Source: Nemertoderma westbladi (Eukaryota > Animalia > Xenacoelomorpha). From it: a stretch of DNA of 64,000 bases. Below are positions 51,025-62,346 of this stretch, one piece after another. Both the position numbers and the translations under genes were made by a program. The stretch spans positions 8,742 through 72,741 of the forward strand of contig JAUCBJ010003233.1 in NCBI GenBank assembly GCA_032718475.1, given 5' to 3'. Under the pieces are notes generated by a model that saw only the letters and a program-made list of their open reading frames with translations, made no database searches and was not told where the DNA came from. Position 1 is the first letter of the stretch, and each line of letters opens with the position of its first letter.

Positions 51025-51260
51025 CATGCGGTTAATTTTGACAGGGTGTCAAAATTAAGGATAATTACGGTCAACTTCAACTGGTGGAAGTTGAGAATCC
51101 TTCAATACTCTTCAAAAACTCTCTACGTGCTTGCCAGCACCCACTACGAGGAAACTCTGGTATTTGAGTTGAGACAAAGTCGTGGTTTAATTAAGCAACA
51201 AACTCGATCTAACCAACTCGTAGTCGGCAGATCACATATTTGGAGAGTTGTTAACAGGGA

Positions 51261-51452
51261 ATGGAAGTATCGATCACACCCATTGATATAATTCAAGTTG
51301 AGCCAGGAATCTGGCACGTCGAAGTTGAGGTACAAGGAACGAACGTTGGACGATTCAGGATTACTGTTCGGGTGGTCCAAGCTGAGTACAATACCTACGA
51401 GGAACTGTTTTACGACATCGCGTATCTAGCCATCGATGAGGCGTTACAATGA
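51261..51452 (+). CDS. 63-aa upstream ORF overlapping the gag start (ATGA)
   Basis: Its TGA stop overlaps the gag ATG at 51449-51452; alternating beta-strand pattern followed by an acidic helix. Confidence 0.5.
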   Translation: MEVSITPIDIIQVEPGIWHVEVEVQGTNVGRFRITVRVVQAEYNTYEELFYDIAYLAIDEALQ

Positions 51453-54400
51453 CAACAAATAACGTATCCGATACCGACGAGATGGATCACCACACAGACT
51501 CGGAAGCCGACGAGGTACCAAACGTCAAGAACATGACCCGTCGGTTAGGGGCTCTTAAAGGCGGAGTAACCCGAGCGTATCAACGGATGGAGAAACAACT
51601 CAAGGGAGTCAAAACCCCCCTCAATGAGGTACAAACTCAGCTTCAAAGTATCCGAAATATCCTACAGCGGTACGAAAGAATGATACAGGCGTACCAAGAG
51701 CTCGTTCCCCCCACCGATCAGGAAAACTACCCCAAGTTGGAAGAACACGTTGTACATCTAGATGGGTTCCGCAAACAACACCGGAGGACCCTCAGTCTTG
51801 TGAGAGGCTATGAGGAACAGTATTACAAGAGGGCTGACGCGGAATCAGTACGATCCTCCAGCATCAGGACAACAGTACATCGAAAGAGAACGGGGTCCGC
51901 TAGAAATCAGCACTCCAGCGCTAGGAGCGAGATATCCGGCTCGGCGCGCAGTTCTCAAGGGGCGCCGCCACTCCGAGACCAACTGTGAGAACGGAAGGCA
52001 TTAGCCCTCAAAGCTCGGATGGAAGATGAGTATATTCAACTGCAAGCCGAGCAAGATGTATTAGCCGCCGAAACACAAAAGCGAGAGGCCGAACAAGCGG
52101 CCGAACGGCAGGCCGAACAACGTGAACAGGAGGCCGAACAACATAGACGAGAGGCCGAACGGCAGGCTGAACAACGTGAACAGGAGGCCGAACAACATAG
52201 ACGAGAGGCCGAACGACAGGCCGAACAACATAGACGGGAGGACGAACGACAGGCCGAACAACGCAAACAGGAGGCCGAACAACATAGACGAGAGGCCGAA
52301 CGACAGGCCGAACAACATAGACGGGAGGACGAACGACAGGCCGAACAACGCAAACAGGAGGCCGAACAACATAGACGAGAGGCCGAACGACAGGCCGAAC
52401 AACATAGACGGGAGGACGAACGACAGGCCGAACAACGCAATCAGGAGGCCGAACAACGCGGACGAGAGGCCGAACGAGAGATCGAACAACGTAAATGGGA
52501 AGCGGAAATGCGTAAACAACACGCCGAGGCCCAAGCAATTCTCATCCACAAAAAGAATGCGGACATTGCAAAACTCGCAGAATACGAAGCCGCACTTATC
52601 GAACGAGATATTCAACTCTACGAGGACTGGGAAAGGGATATAGATAAGGAATATGAACCAATTCCGGTACCGGAGTTAGAAAAGTCATTTACACCAACAG
52701 CGGCGAAACCTCCGAAACCCGAGATCCCGCCTACCAAACAGTCTACGCTATCGGCACAAGCCCCGGTGTTCCATCCCCCACCAGCTACGCTAAAGAATGA
52801 GGAACCTTATTTCCCATCCAACACCACGACAGCGAGTGTACCCAAGTACGAGCCTGAAAGGGACTCGGAACGGGACGCCACTCCCCGATCTAACAACCCA
52901 TTTACATCCACACCACAAACTCGTAGCCGCGTCATTATTAAAACTCCACCTATTATTGATCCATCAAGTATGGGAGTGAGTGCTAATAACTATAACCCTC
53001 CGAGTCACTCTAGTTCAGACGACGTCAGCATCATCCGGGCGTTGGAGAACCGCCTTGCCATGCCTAAGATGGAGATTCGCACCTTCGAAGGAGATCCCGT
53101 CGATTACCTCAGATTCAAGAAACGGTTCTTTGCGCAGATCGGATCAACGGACATAGCCGACACACAGAAATTGGTATATTTATCGCAATACCTGGGTGAC
53201 AAACCACGCAGAATTGTTGCATGTTTTGAAGGAGGTTCTCATGAGGCATACTATGACGCATGGAAAACCCTAGATAAAAGATACGGAAATACCGGAACTA
53301 TAATTAATAAAACTCTAGAGAGACTGATACAGGACGCGGGATCACTAGGGGACCCACAGAACATACAGGAATTCTCCGACTCTATGAAGGATGCATACTA
53401 TACTTTGAAACCCTTAAATAAGGAGGACCAGGTGAACAACATTCTAAACCTCCGACAGATCGCCAAGAAGTTCCCCGGATGGCTACAAAGTAAGTGGGCT
53501 TATAAATGTGTAGATCTCCGGCGCAGACATCCAGATCGAGATCCTAGCTTCCTTGAAATGTCGGCATTCCTGGACGATATCTCCGAAGCCATGAATGACT
53601 CAATGTTTTCAAAACAAAGTCTCGCAAAGTTGGACGGAATAGAGAGCAACTCCAGGAGTAAGATAACCCCTCCGAAACCGAGATTCCGCCCCCCACCGAT
53701 AAGTACGATGGCCATTACCATGGCCGAGGATTCCGACGACGAAGACTACGAGGAACCGACATCCGCCGAGGAATGGGCATGTTATCTCGCGAGTTGGGCA
53801 CCCGAAAGGGAAGGCGTCACAAATTCCCTGCTCTGTCTCTTCTGTGGGGAGAAACACAAAGTGGAATTCTGCAGAAAGTTTCAGTTCGCCGAACTCGTCC
53901 CACGCTTCGAGGCGATAATGAAACACCGAGGATGCTTCCGGTGTCTTGGAACAGGTCACTATGTTCGGGAGTGCGACCAAAGATCATGCTGTACAGTCTG
54001 TAACGACCAACGCCATCACACGCTCCTCCACATCCCCGCGAACTTCGATTTTACTACCCTCCCCTTTCGGATCGAAGCCAGGCGAAGAGGAGAAACAAAC
54101 CACATCTTCAAAGGAACCCGGACAACCCAACGGAGAGAAACCAACCCGTTTAAGATCTCCACCGATACACCACAAGTAACCAATATTTCGGCCACGATTA
54201 ATCTTATAAATCGCCGCTACATGGTTTTCGCAAAGGTAATCCCAGTAAGGATCCAAGGAGTCAGCAAATCTTTGACGACACTCGCGTTCCTCGATAACGG
54301 GTCTGACGGAACCATCATCGACCGGGATTTCCTCGAGCAACTCGGCCTAGAATATGAACCTTGTAAACGGCCCATACAAACCATCACCGATAACAGAGAA

Positions 54401-57400
54401 GTAGAGTCCGGGGAGGTACAACTCCAGATGGAAGGAGTGATGAAGGGCTACGAAACGGCTAAGTTAACCATCAAGAACGCCTTGGTACACACAGACCTCC
54501 GGGTGCGGTTCCGACAATCAGCCGAGTACGCCCCCCTCATACAATTGGACCGAGACGATGTAGACCTGAGGTGTCCGCAGTTGGACGTGAACCGTATCAC
54601 CCTACTGATTGGACTTGATACACCGGAACTACACATCCCCACCGGAGATATCGCTCGATCTATAAACCAGGATGATGGATTTTATGCTGAACGAACAATA
54701 ATGGGATGGACACTCTGCGGCATTAAGGAGGAAACTACGGACACCTATACCTACCTTCCTAAATGTCAGATTAAAGAGAATGTAACCTCTGTGGGTTATT
54801 GCTCAGCTTCAGATCTTGACGAGGATTTGTTCCTGGAAACCGAGAAAACCCAACGAGAGATGACGAAATATTTTAATTTGGAGACCCAGGAGTTCGCGGA
54901 AAAGGACGAAAACCCATCCGAAGAGGACCAATATTGTATGGACGTTCTCGACCAGGCCACGTTTAAAGACGGACATGGGTGTTCACCTATGTTATGGAAG
55001 GACCCAAACAAACCAATGGCAAACAACGCCAGCATGGCACTTAGGCGACTTAAAGGGATTCTACGCCGGCTGAATGACCAACCCGAGATAAAGGAGAAAT
55101 ATAATACCGTAATCCAAGGATATCTCGATGATGGATTAGCAGAAATGGTACCACGGAATGAACTGCAAGGTGGTGAAAGAACATATTATCTCCCAACCCA
55201 CTATGTAGTAGAAGCCCGCAAAGGTGGGAAAATCCGAGTGGTAAATGATGCTGCCGCTATGTACCAGGGCGAATCCCTAAACAGTCAACTTTACACGGGA
55301 CCCAACATATATAGCACACTCATTGGCGTATTGATCAGGTTCAGGGAAAACCGGGTAGCATTCACCTGTGACATCAAGGCCATGTTTCATCAAGTTCGTA
55401 CGTTACCAAGAGACTCGGACTGTCTACGTATCCTATGGACGGATAAAACACTCACTCAACAGGAGATTAGCCAACTCACGATCAAGGATGTAGACGTAAT
55501 GCGTATGGTCGTCAGGATCTTCGGCGCTAAGGACTCGCCGGTAGCATGCAGTGACATGCTAAAGAGGACAGCAACTATGTGCGAAAACGAGTTCCCTCCA
55601 ACCGTCATAGAAACCATTCGACGATGCTTCTACGTGGACGACGGATGCGCCGGCGCGGATAATGTGGATGAGGCATATCGGCTAGCAATGGGGATGGTAG
55701 AATGTCTGAAGAAAGGAGGGTTTCCGCTCGTGAAATTCAGATCCCACGACAAAACACTTAAGGAAAAGTTTCCGGAGGACATCCGGCTGGATAATAACAA
55801 GATGTATTCGGAGGATGTGGAACATCGTGTACTTGGGATTGAATGGGACATAGAATCAGACGAATTCATCTTCAAGTATAAACCCCTACCCAAGCCTATG
55901 ACAAAAAGGGGATGTTTGTCGATAAAAAGCGCCATCTTCGACCCACTAAATTTCATATCTCCAGTAACCTTGGCCGGAATGAACCTGATTAAGGAAATGT
56001 GGATAGAAGGACTGGGATGGGACGAAGAGCTCCCCCCATACCTCAGCGTCAAATGGAGAAAATGGACGGAGCAGCTCGAACACCTACATCTTATGCGGAT
56101 ACCTAGACCGTTCTTCCTCGATAAATTGCCCACCGATATCTTCCAGCTCCACACCTTTTCGGATGCTTCAAATACCGGAATCGGCGTAGTCACCTTCCTA
56201 CGGAGACTAAGTAATGATGGAAACGGCGATACAAGCTTCTTATTCTCCAAAGCAAAGACAGTATCCGGGGAATTCGTAGCAACGATCCCGAGACTCGAGC
56301 TACAAGCTGCAGTTTGGGCAGTAAGACAGAATCGCATGGTCATGCGGAATCTACGGATCCCCATAGAATCACAACACTTCTGGGTAGATTCGAGTATAGT
56401 TCTCTATTATCTCCACTCTCCATCACGGCGTCACACCACGTTTGTTGCAAACCGAGCCACGGAGATTAAACAGTGTACCGGCCGAGAACAGTGGCATCAC
56501 GTGAACGGGAAGGAAAACCCAGCGGACTTATCAAGCCGAGGCGCCACCCCAAAACAACTCGGTAAAAGTGAACTCTGGCTTACAGGCCCGGAATTCCTAC
56601 GGCAGCCACAATTAACATGGAGTACCCGATTCGACCCCGAGCTCGATAGCGGAAAATACTCCGAGGACGATAAAGAGATCCGTAAAATCCATCGAAGCAA
56701 CGCGGTGGAAATTTATAGTTGTCTGACTGAGCCTGCAAAGGACTCGGGCAGGCACTATAACGTCGCGACGATCACCCAACTAGCGGCGTCTTTACATCGG
56801 TTGATCGAGCGAACTTCATCCATGAGACGGCTCGTCCACCACGTTATAACCCTTCGCAACTTCCTACGGTGGAAAAACAACAAACCGATAGTTCAACGGA
56901 ATATACAAGAACTCATTATCGCGGAGAAGTGTATTGTTAGATATGTCCAGAAAGAAAGTTTCCCCGATGAATGGGAACAACTTAGTGCGGGCAAAACGTT
57001 GAAACCGGACAGCCCAGTCTACCAACTGAGACCAATGATGGGAGAGGACGGACTGATCCGACTGAATACCCGGATGGCAAACGCCCCGGTCCAATATGAG
57101 GTTAAATACCCAGCGCTTCTGCCCGGAACGTCGACACTAGCTAAGCTATTAATTCTACAATGTCACGAGGACAACCACCACGCAGGACAGAATTGGATTA
57201 TAGCTAATATAAGACAAAGATATTGGATCACCCACATCCAGCCACTGATCCGGAAAGTGTTGAAACGTTGCTTCACCTGCAGATGTTACCTAGCGCCACC
57301 AATCACCCAAAAGATGGCCGACTTACCAGCCACCCGTCTACAAGCGGATTCCCCACCATTCTACGTCACCGGAGTGGACTGTTTCGGACCGTTCACGGTT

Positions 57401-58336
57401 ATTGAACGACGATCCAACATCAAATGCTGGGGAGCCATCTTCACCTGCCTAAGATCTAGGGCAATTTACCTAGATATCGTGGTAAATCTGACACAACACG
57501 CATTCATCAACGCTCTGCGTCGGTTCGTGGCGAACAACGGGACATGCCGCCACATGTATTCCGATAATGGTACAAACTTTGTGGGAGGAGAAAGAGAACT
57601 TAGAGAGGCGATCGAGGGATGGTTTACCGATAACACTGCATCCCAAGTCTGGAAGGAACACCAGATACAGTGGCACTTCCAGACCCCCTTAGCACCCCAT
57701 ACGAGCGGGGTATGGGAGAAACTGATCGACCTAGTGAAACGATCCATGCGCGTCGCTCTAGGCGATACCCGGGTAACCCATGACACCCTCCGCACAACAT
57801 TCTGCGAGATCACGGCTACCCTGAACAACCGACCCATTGTTCCTATCCGCGACGACCCCACAGACCTGGAACCCCTCACTCCTAACCACTTACTGGGGAG
57901 ACCCAAAACCCACCTCCTCCCGGAAACCATGTTCCCGGATCCCAACGAGATCGCGAAACACACAAACTGGAAAAAGGCCCAAGCGTTGGCAGCGCATTGG
58001 TGGAGAATTTGGGCCCAGGAATACCTCATAACCCTCCGGACCAGGAGGAAATGGAACAACACCTACCGGAACGTCACAGTTGGCGACATGGTACTAGTTA
58101 AAGAAGATCTCAAAGACCGCGTTCACTGGCCTGTGGCGCGGGTCGTGACCATACACCCAAGCAAAGACGGACTTGCGAGGACTGTGACGATACGAACGAA
58201 ATCGGGCCACTACCAACGCCCCATCCAAAAGCTGTGCCTTCTTGAAGGCAATGATAGCGGTGATTCTACGAGAGGTGATAAGATCCCTACTCAAGATACT
58301 GCTGTGGACATCGGTGACAATGATAAATGTGTTTAA
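51449..58336 (+). CDS. Bel/Pao Gag-Pol polyprotein with a single in-frame TGA (51986-51988)
   Basis: ORFs 51449 and 52019 share a frame; FEGDPVDY, three Cys/His knuckles, protease LDNGS, RT YVDD, RNase H FSDAS, integrase GVDCFGP/SDNGTNF/WEKL. Confidence 0.93.
52085..52490 (+). repeat. Coding tandem repeat forming an E/R/Q-rich coiled coil in Gag
   Basis: Repeated gaggccgaacaacatagacga / cgacaggccgaacaa units (EAERQAEQHRR). Confidence 0.9.
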
Positions 58337-58616
58337 ACCCTTCTCATCATGTTGACAAACTCCTTTTAAACTGTGATTTATCGACAACGAGTTATGGACC
58401 CCCTTTAAACCAACTGTAACCACGCAATGGTATTTGTGTTTCCTCGTGTGTTATGTGGAGTCCAGCGTCACCCTGCAGATGTTTCGGCTGACGCAGGGTC
58501 GTTTATGCATTGTTTACCCTGATTTTGGTCATCAGGACCTACGATATTGGATTATTGGAAATGGAAAAGATTTGAAGTGGAATTCATTGTATTCATCGCA
58601 GTATGTTATGTTGTCC

Positions 58617-59032
58617 GTTGCGTGCGCAGTTCGGGGCGTAGGCGGTGTAACGAGTCCAGCTGTAGATCCCGGATCGCCGCGCAACACCCCCTCTATCCCG
58701 TTATTCTGGTGGGTCCATGGTGCATCCACATGACTTCGAAGATAGAGGGTTTTATGTTTCTCAGTCGCGTTATTCTGGTGGGACCGTTGCGTGGATTTTG
58801 GGGCGTAGGCGGTGTAACGAGTCCAGCTGTAGATCCCAGAATGTTGCGTAACCCCATCCCACATGACTTCGTCGACTGAGCTTTATGTTGTTGGGAGTGT
58901 TATTCTGGTGGGTCCATGGTGCATCCACGTGACTTCACTCTCAGCGTCTTCATTGTCCGTTACGTGCGCAGTTTGGGGCGTAGGCGGTGTAACGAGTCCA
59001 GCTGTAGATCCCAGATTGCCGCGTAACACCCC
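58617..59032 (+). ncRNA. Triplicated ~75-nt structured RNA in the pol-ORF2 intergenic region
   Basis: Copies at 58617, 58786, 58959 with invariant core ggggcgtaggcggtgtaacgagtccagctgtagatccc and a compensatory closing stem. Confidence 0.6.
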
Positions 59033-59581
59033 TTCCACGACAAAGATTAACCAAAGAAAATGATTGAATATAGTTGGAAACGATGAAAAGGATCAGACAA
59101 CTCTACTATAAACCTGAATGATGACGTGTATACTGATGAAAATGTAATGATGCGCACCCTGGTGCTGCGCTTATAACAAATGATGATAGCCGGGGGGCTA
59201 TAAACCCAATGATGATGTGGAAATAAATAAATATGAAATAAATGGTGGAAATAAATGTGTTGAAATATGTGGAAATAAATGAAATGAGATGAAATAATAA
59301 TGAAATGAAAAAAGAAAAAAAAAAGGTATAAAAAAGTCTAAAGAAAAGAATTAGAAAAAAGAAAGGACAAAAAAGTCATAAAAAACTGGTTGGATATTAT
59401 GTATAGCTATAGTAACTGTAAATGCTGAATGTATTAGCAATAAGATGATAGATGCCTATATAGCAATGTTATTAATAAACTGAATTAAATAAAAAACTGA
59501 ATTATTCTGCTATCGCTATAGTTTCAGACTTTCTGGACTTATAATTAACTGATCTAATTTGTAACGGATATAATCGTAAAT

Positions 59582-62182
59582 ATGGACCCAAATCGCCAAA
59601 TTATCGGCGAATTACGTAACACGATAGATCTACTGGAATATTCGCAACCCGGATCCCCTGACTTTGATACAAATTGGAACACTCTGCTAAATGAGAACGT
59701 GCGAGTCATTAAATTCACCGGGCGAGAGGGACCGGATTCTAAGAATCTACTAGCCCTCCGGTTAGCCGATGCTAGTACGAGACTGAAAAGAACTCGGAAC
59801 GCAAAGGCAACCGGAGGGGACGATTCGTCGTTTTGGGAAACGTTCCGGCAGAGCGTCTACAGATCCCGATGTTTGATCTACGACAACGAGGGAAACGCGA
59901 CGCCCACCTCAAAAGCGATTACGTTGGCGAGATGTCAAAGTTTCGTCGACGACAAGAGTACATACCTCGCCCACTGGGGAAACCTGTCGGAGTGTACGGC
60001 GACGCTTCGAGAGGAACGCATATCGATTATCCAAAACCGCGACGACTACCAGGAAAAGTACGGGGCGAAAGAATACGGTCGATCCTTAGTCGTCGTCCTC
60101 GGAACCCTGGACGGTTTGGTACTGGTGTGCCGAATATTCCCGACACCCAGACAGGAAGTGCAGACAGCCGGAGCGATCTGGTTGCTGCCTCCGGAAATCC
60201 AAAAGATCCTCTTCGACTTCGACGTCATTAAAATCGGGGCGGATATCAAGGCGGACGTCCGGAACGACTACGCGAACGCTCCTGCAGGAAGAAACCGACG
60301 AGACGACCTCAACGCCCTTAGCCATTGCATCGACACTCAAACGCTACTAGCCTGGGTACGATTCGCCGAGTTCATGCGAGGATTCCAAGAGGTGAGACCG
60401 ACGAAATCAGGGATCGGCTACCTCGCTGTGCTCAACGGCGGTATCGACTTCAAACCCCAGAAATTCCGGGACTATAATAAAATATATGGTGGATACCCGG
60501 GATTGGAAATAAAGAGCGAGCGAGAGGGTCGATGGAAGGACGTTGATCGGAAGTGGACGATACACCAAAGGTGGGAGAATCCCGATCGACGGAACTACGT
60601 TTACGTCGTTATGGAATGCTACACCGTCGCTAAGTTTATCTGTAAAACTCTAGATAACCTCATCACGGCGGTCCCCCTTTCCTTTGTCGACTACGACTGG
60701 AACGAGGTTATAAACCACGCGTTTAAAGCGGTCGAGAACATTACACCGGGAGAATCAAAAACGCCCGCCGTTATCGATTCCTGGGACGAGAGCGGACCTT
60801 ACGACATCCCTACGATTACCGAACTTCTCGGTGCGGAGGAGCCTCTGATCTCTTCGGAAGGAGAAGAGATATGGCTAAACGAGGGTGTTCTACTCTCCAC
60901 CCCGAAGCGACAACTCGAGCCGGAGGCCGCGTATGGACCGGCCGCCAAACGGGTTGCCTCGGCCGAACCGATGAAGAGAGCAGGCGTTTACACCCCACGC
61001 GGCTCTGGTAGCCCCACGAGGGAGGTGGCTACTACAGCTGCATTGAGCGACTTCGGCGACATATGCCAACGGTTATCCCCGTATCCTTTCCCGGGCGGCG
61101 AAGATTGGTCGTCGGAGATTCCGAGTACCAGCCACCAACGGACCCGCTCAGCGATACTGGTCGAGGAGGGCCCCAGCGATGCGCCGACACCCGACGATCT
61201 CCTCGGTATCCCTCCGTCGAAAACCCCGGCACCTCTTCGTCGACCAGCGGTGGCTACTACACCCGCCGTTCCTCAGGACCCTATGCGACTAACCCGTTGG
61301 TACGCCGAGCAAACTGAATGGATCCACCGCCAGAAACGGTCATCCGAGTTGAGACCAGCGGGACACAAAGAAGGTTATCGGAGCGAGAACCTACTACGCA
61401 AAAGCCTAGCATTCCGCGGGCTACCGACCACCGAGAATATTCCGAAGAGCGACCGACGACTCGAATACTACGTCGGCGTCCCGATTCCGATATTTCCTGG
61501 TCGAGAGATGCAGTTGGAGGTATGCGGCGACTGCGGTTCGGAGCAGTGCCCACGCAGCAGAAGGAATCGGGTTACCGATTCTTGCCTCCAGCTCCTCGGG
61601 ATACTCTATTGCCCATACTGCGCGACATCAGGCCACGACGTTTCCGTCTGCCCGATCCTTTATAACCTCTGCACCACGTGCGGTTTCCGTGGACATTCCT
61701 CTAGCCCCCGCTGCTATATCAAATGTCCAACCAAAGACGTTACCGCTATGGGAAATATGGTCATGTTTGAAACATACGCAAACAGCCACTTAAAGACCAA
61801 GATTCGGAGAAACGCTCGGAATATTGCGCAGGAGATGGCGTGTGGATATTTCTCCTTCCCGGAACGCCTCCACACGTCGGCCACGCTACCTTTCCATTAC
61901 GTGGATCTGCAACTGAGCGCCGGATTATTCGGTCCATTTGAAGTCATTAGACGATTATACTCGTATAAAGAGGAGTTCGGTGACGGAGAATGGTTCCTAG
62001 AGGCACGCAAATCTGAGTTGGAAAGACGAACCGACATGATCCCCATGCCTTCGAAAGGAAGAGCCGCCAGGAGACAAGCCGAAGCGTTACTCACGATGGA
62101 TGTTGACGCTCCTCTACCAGCCATAGCGATCGATGAGAGTCGACGGGCGAAGAGACGAAAGGCGTATCAGAGAAAGAAATAG
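59582..62182 (+). CDS. Accessory ORF2: DEDDy/WRN-like 3'-5' exonuclease domain plus CCHC zinc knuckles (866 aa)
   Basis: ExoI IYDNEG; LPPEIQKILFDFDVIKIGADIKAD (ExoII); CIDTQ; YVVMECY (ExoIII, E for D); CPYCATSGHDVSVC and CTTCGFRGHSSSPRC. Confidence 0.8.
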   Translation: MDPNRQIIGELRNTIDLLEYSQPGSPDFDTNWNTLLNENVRVIKFTGREGPDSKNLLALRLADASTRLKRTRNAKATGGDDSSFWETFRQSVYRSRCLIYDNEGNATPTSKAITLARCQSFVDDKSTYLAHWGNLSECTATLREERISIIQNRDDYQEKYGAKEYGRSLVVVLGTLDGLVLVCRIFPTPRQEVQTAGAIWLLPPEIQKILFDFDVIKIGADIKADVRNDYANAPAGRNRRDDLNALSHCIDTQTLLAWVRFAEFMRGFQEVRPTKSGIGYLAVLNGGIDFKPQKFRDYNKIYGGYPGLEIKSEREGRWKDVDRKWTIHQRWENPDRRNYVYVVMECYTVAKFICKTLDNLITAVPLSFVDYDWNEVINHAFKAVENITPGESKTPAVIDSWDESGPYDIPTITELLGAEEPLISSEGEEIWLNEGVLLSTPKRQLEPEAAYGPAAKRVASAEPMKRAGVYTPRGSGSPTREVATTAALSDFGDICQRLSPYPFPGGEDWSSEIPSTSHQRTRSAILVEEGPSDAPTPDDLLGIPPSKTPAPLRRPAVATTPAVPQDPMRLTRWYAEQTEWIHRQKRSSELRPAGHKEGYRSENLLRKSLAFRGLPTTENIPKSDRRLEYYVGVPIPIFPGREMQLEVCGDCGSEQCPRSRRNRVTDSCLQLLGILYCPYCATSGHDVSVCPILYNLCTTCGFRGHSSSPRCYIKCPTKDVTAMGNMVMFETYANSHLKTKIRRNARNIAQEMACGYFSFPERLHTSATLPFHYVDLQLSAGLFGPFEVIRRLYSYKEEFGDGEWFLEARKSELERRTDMIPMPSKGRAARRQAEALLTMDVDAPLPAIAIDESRRAKRRKAYQRKK

Positions 62183-62337
62183 TGGATCGGGATATTCCAG
62201 GAACATTTATCGAACATTTATTTTTATACAAACTCTAGGCCAAATTAATTAAAAACTATGCAATATTAAATTTGGGTTTTTTATATTGGAATGACCTACG
62301 CAAACTCAATCGACCGACAGACTTCACGAAGGTCATT

Positions 62338-62346
62338 GGGGGGGAC
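62338..62346 (+). promoter_or_regulatory. Polypurine tract
   Basis: GGGGGGGAC immediately before the TG of the 3' LTR. Confidence 0.75.

Noticed and set aside
51082-51095. TGGTGGA as a tRNA-Ala PBS
   Set aside because: About 70 nt from the LTR, only ~7 nt match, and embedded in a local hairpin
52008-58062. Antisense and alternate-frame ORFs over gag-pol
   Set aside because: Shadows of the coding repeat and codon bias; no independent motifs
59772-59782. CTAGTACGAGA identical to part of the rRNA sarcin-ricin loop
   Set aside because: Flanks are not rRNA; it is the element's own loop-E hairpin family
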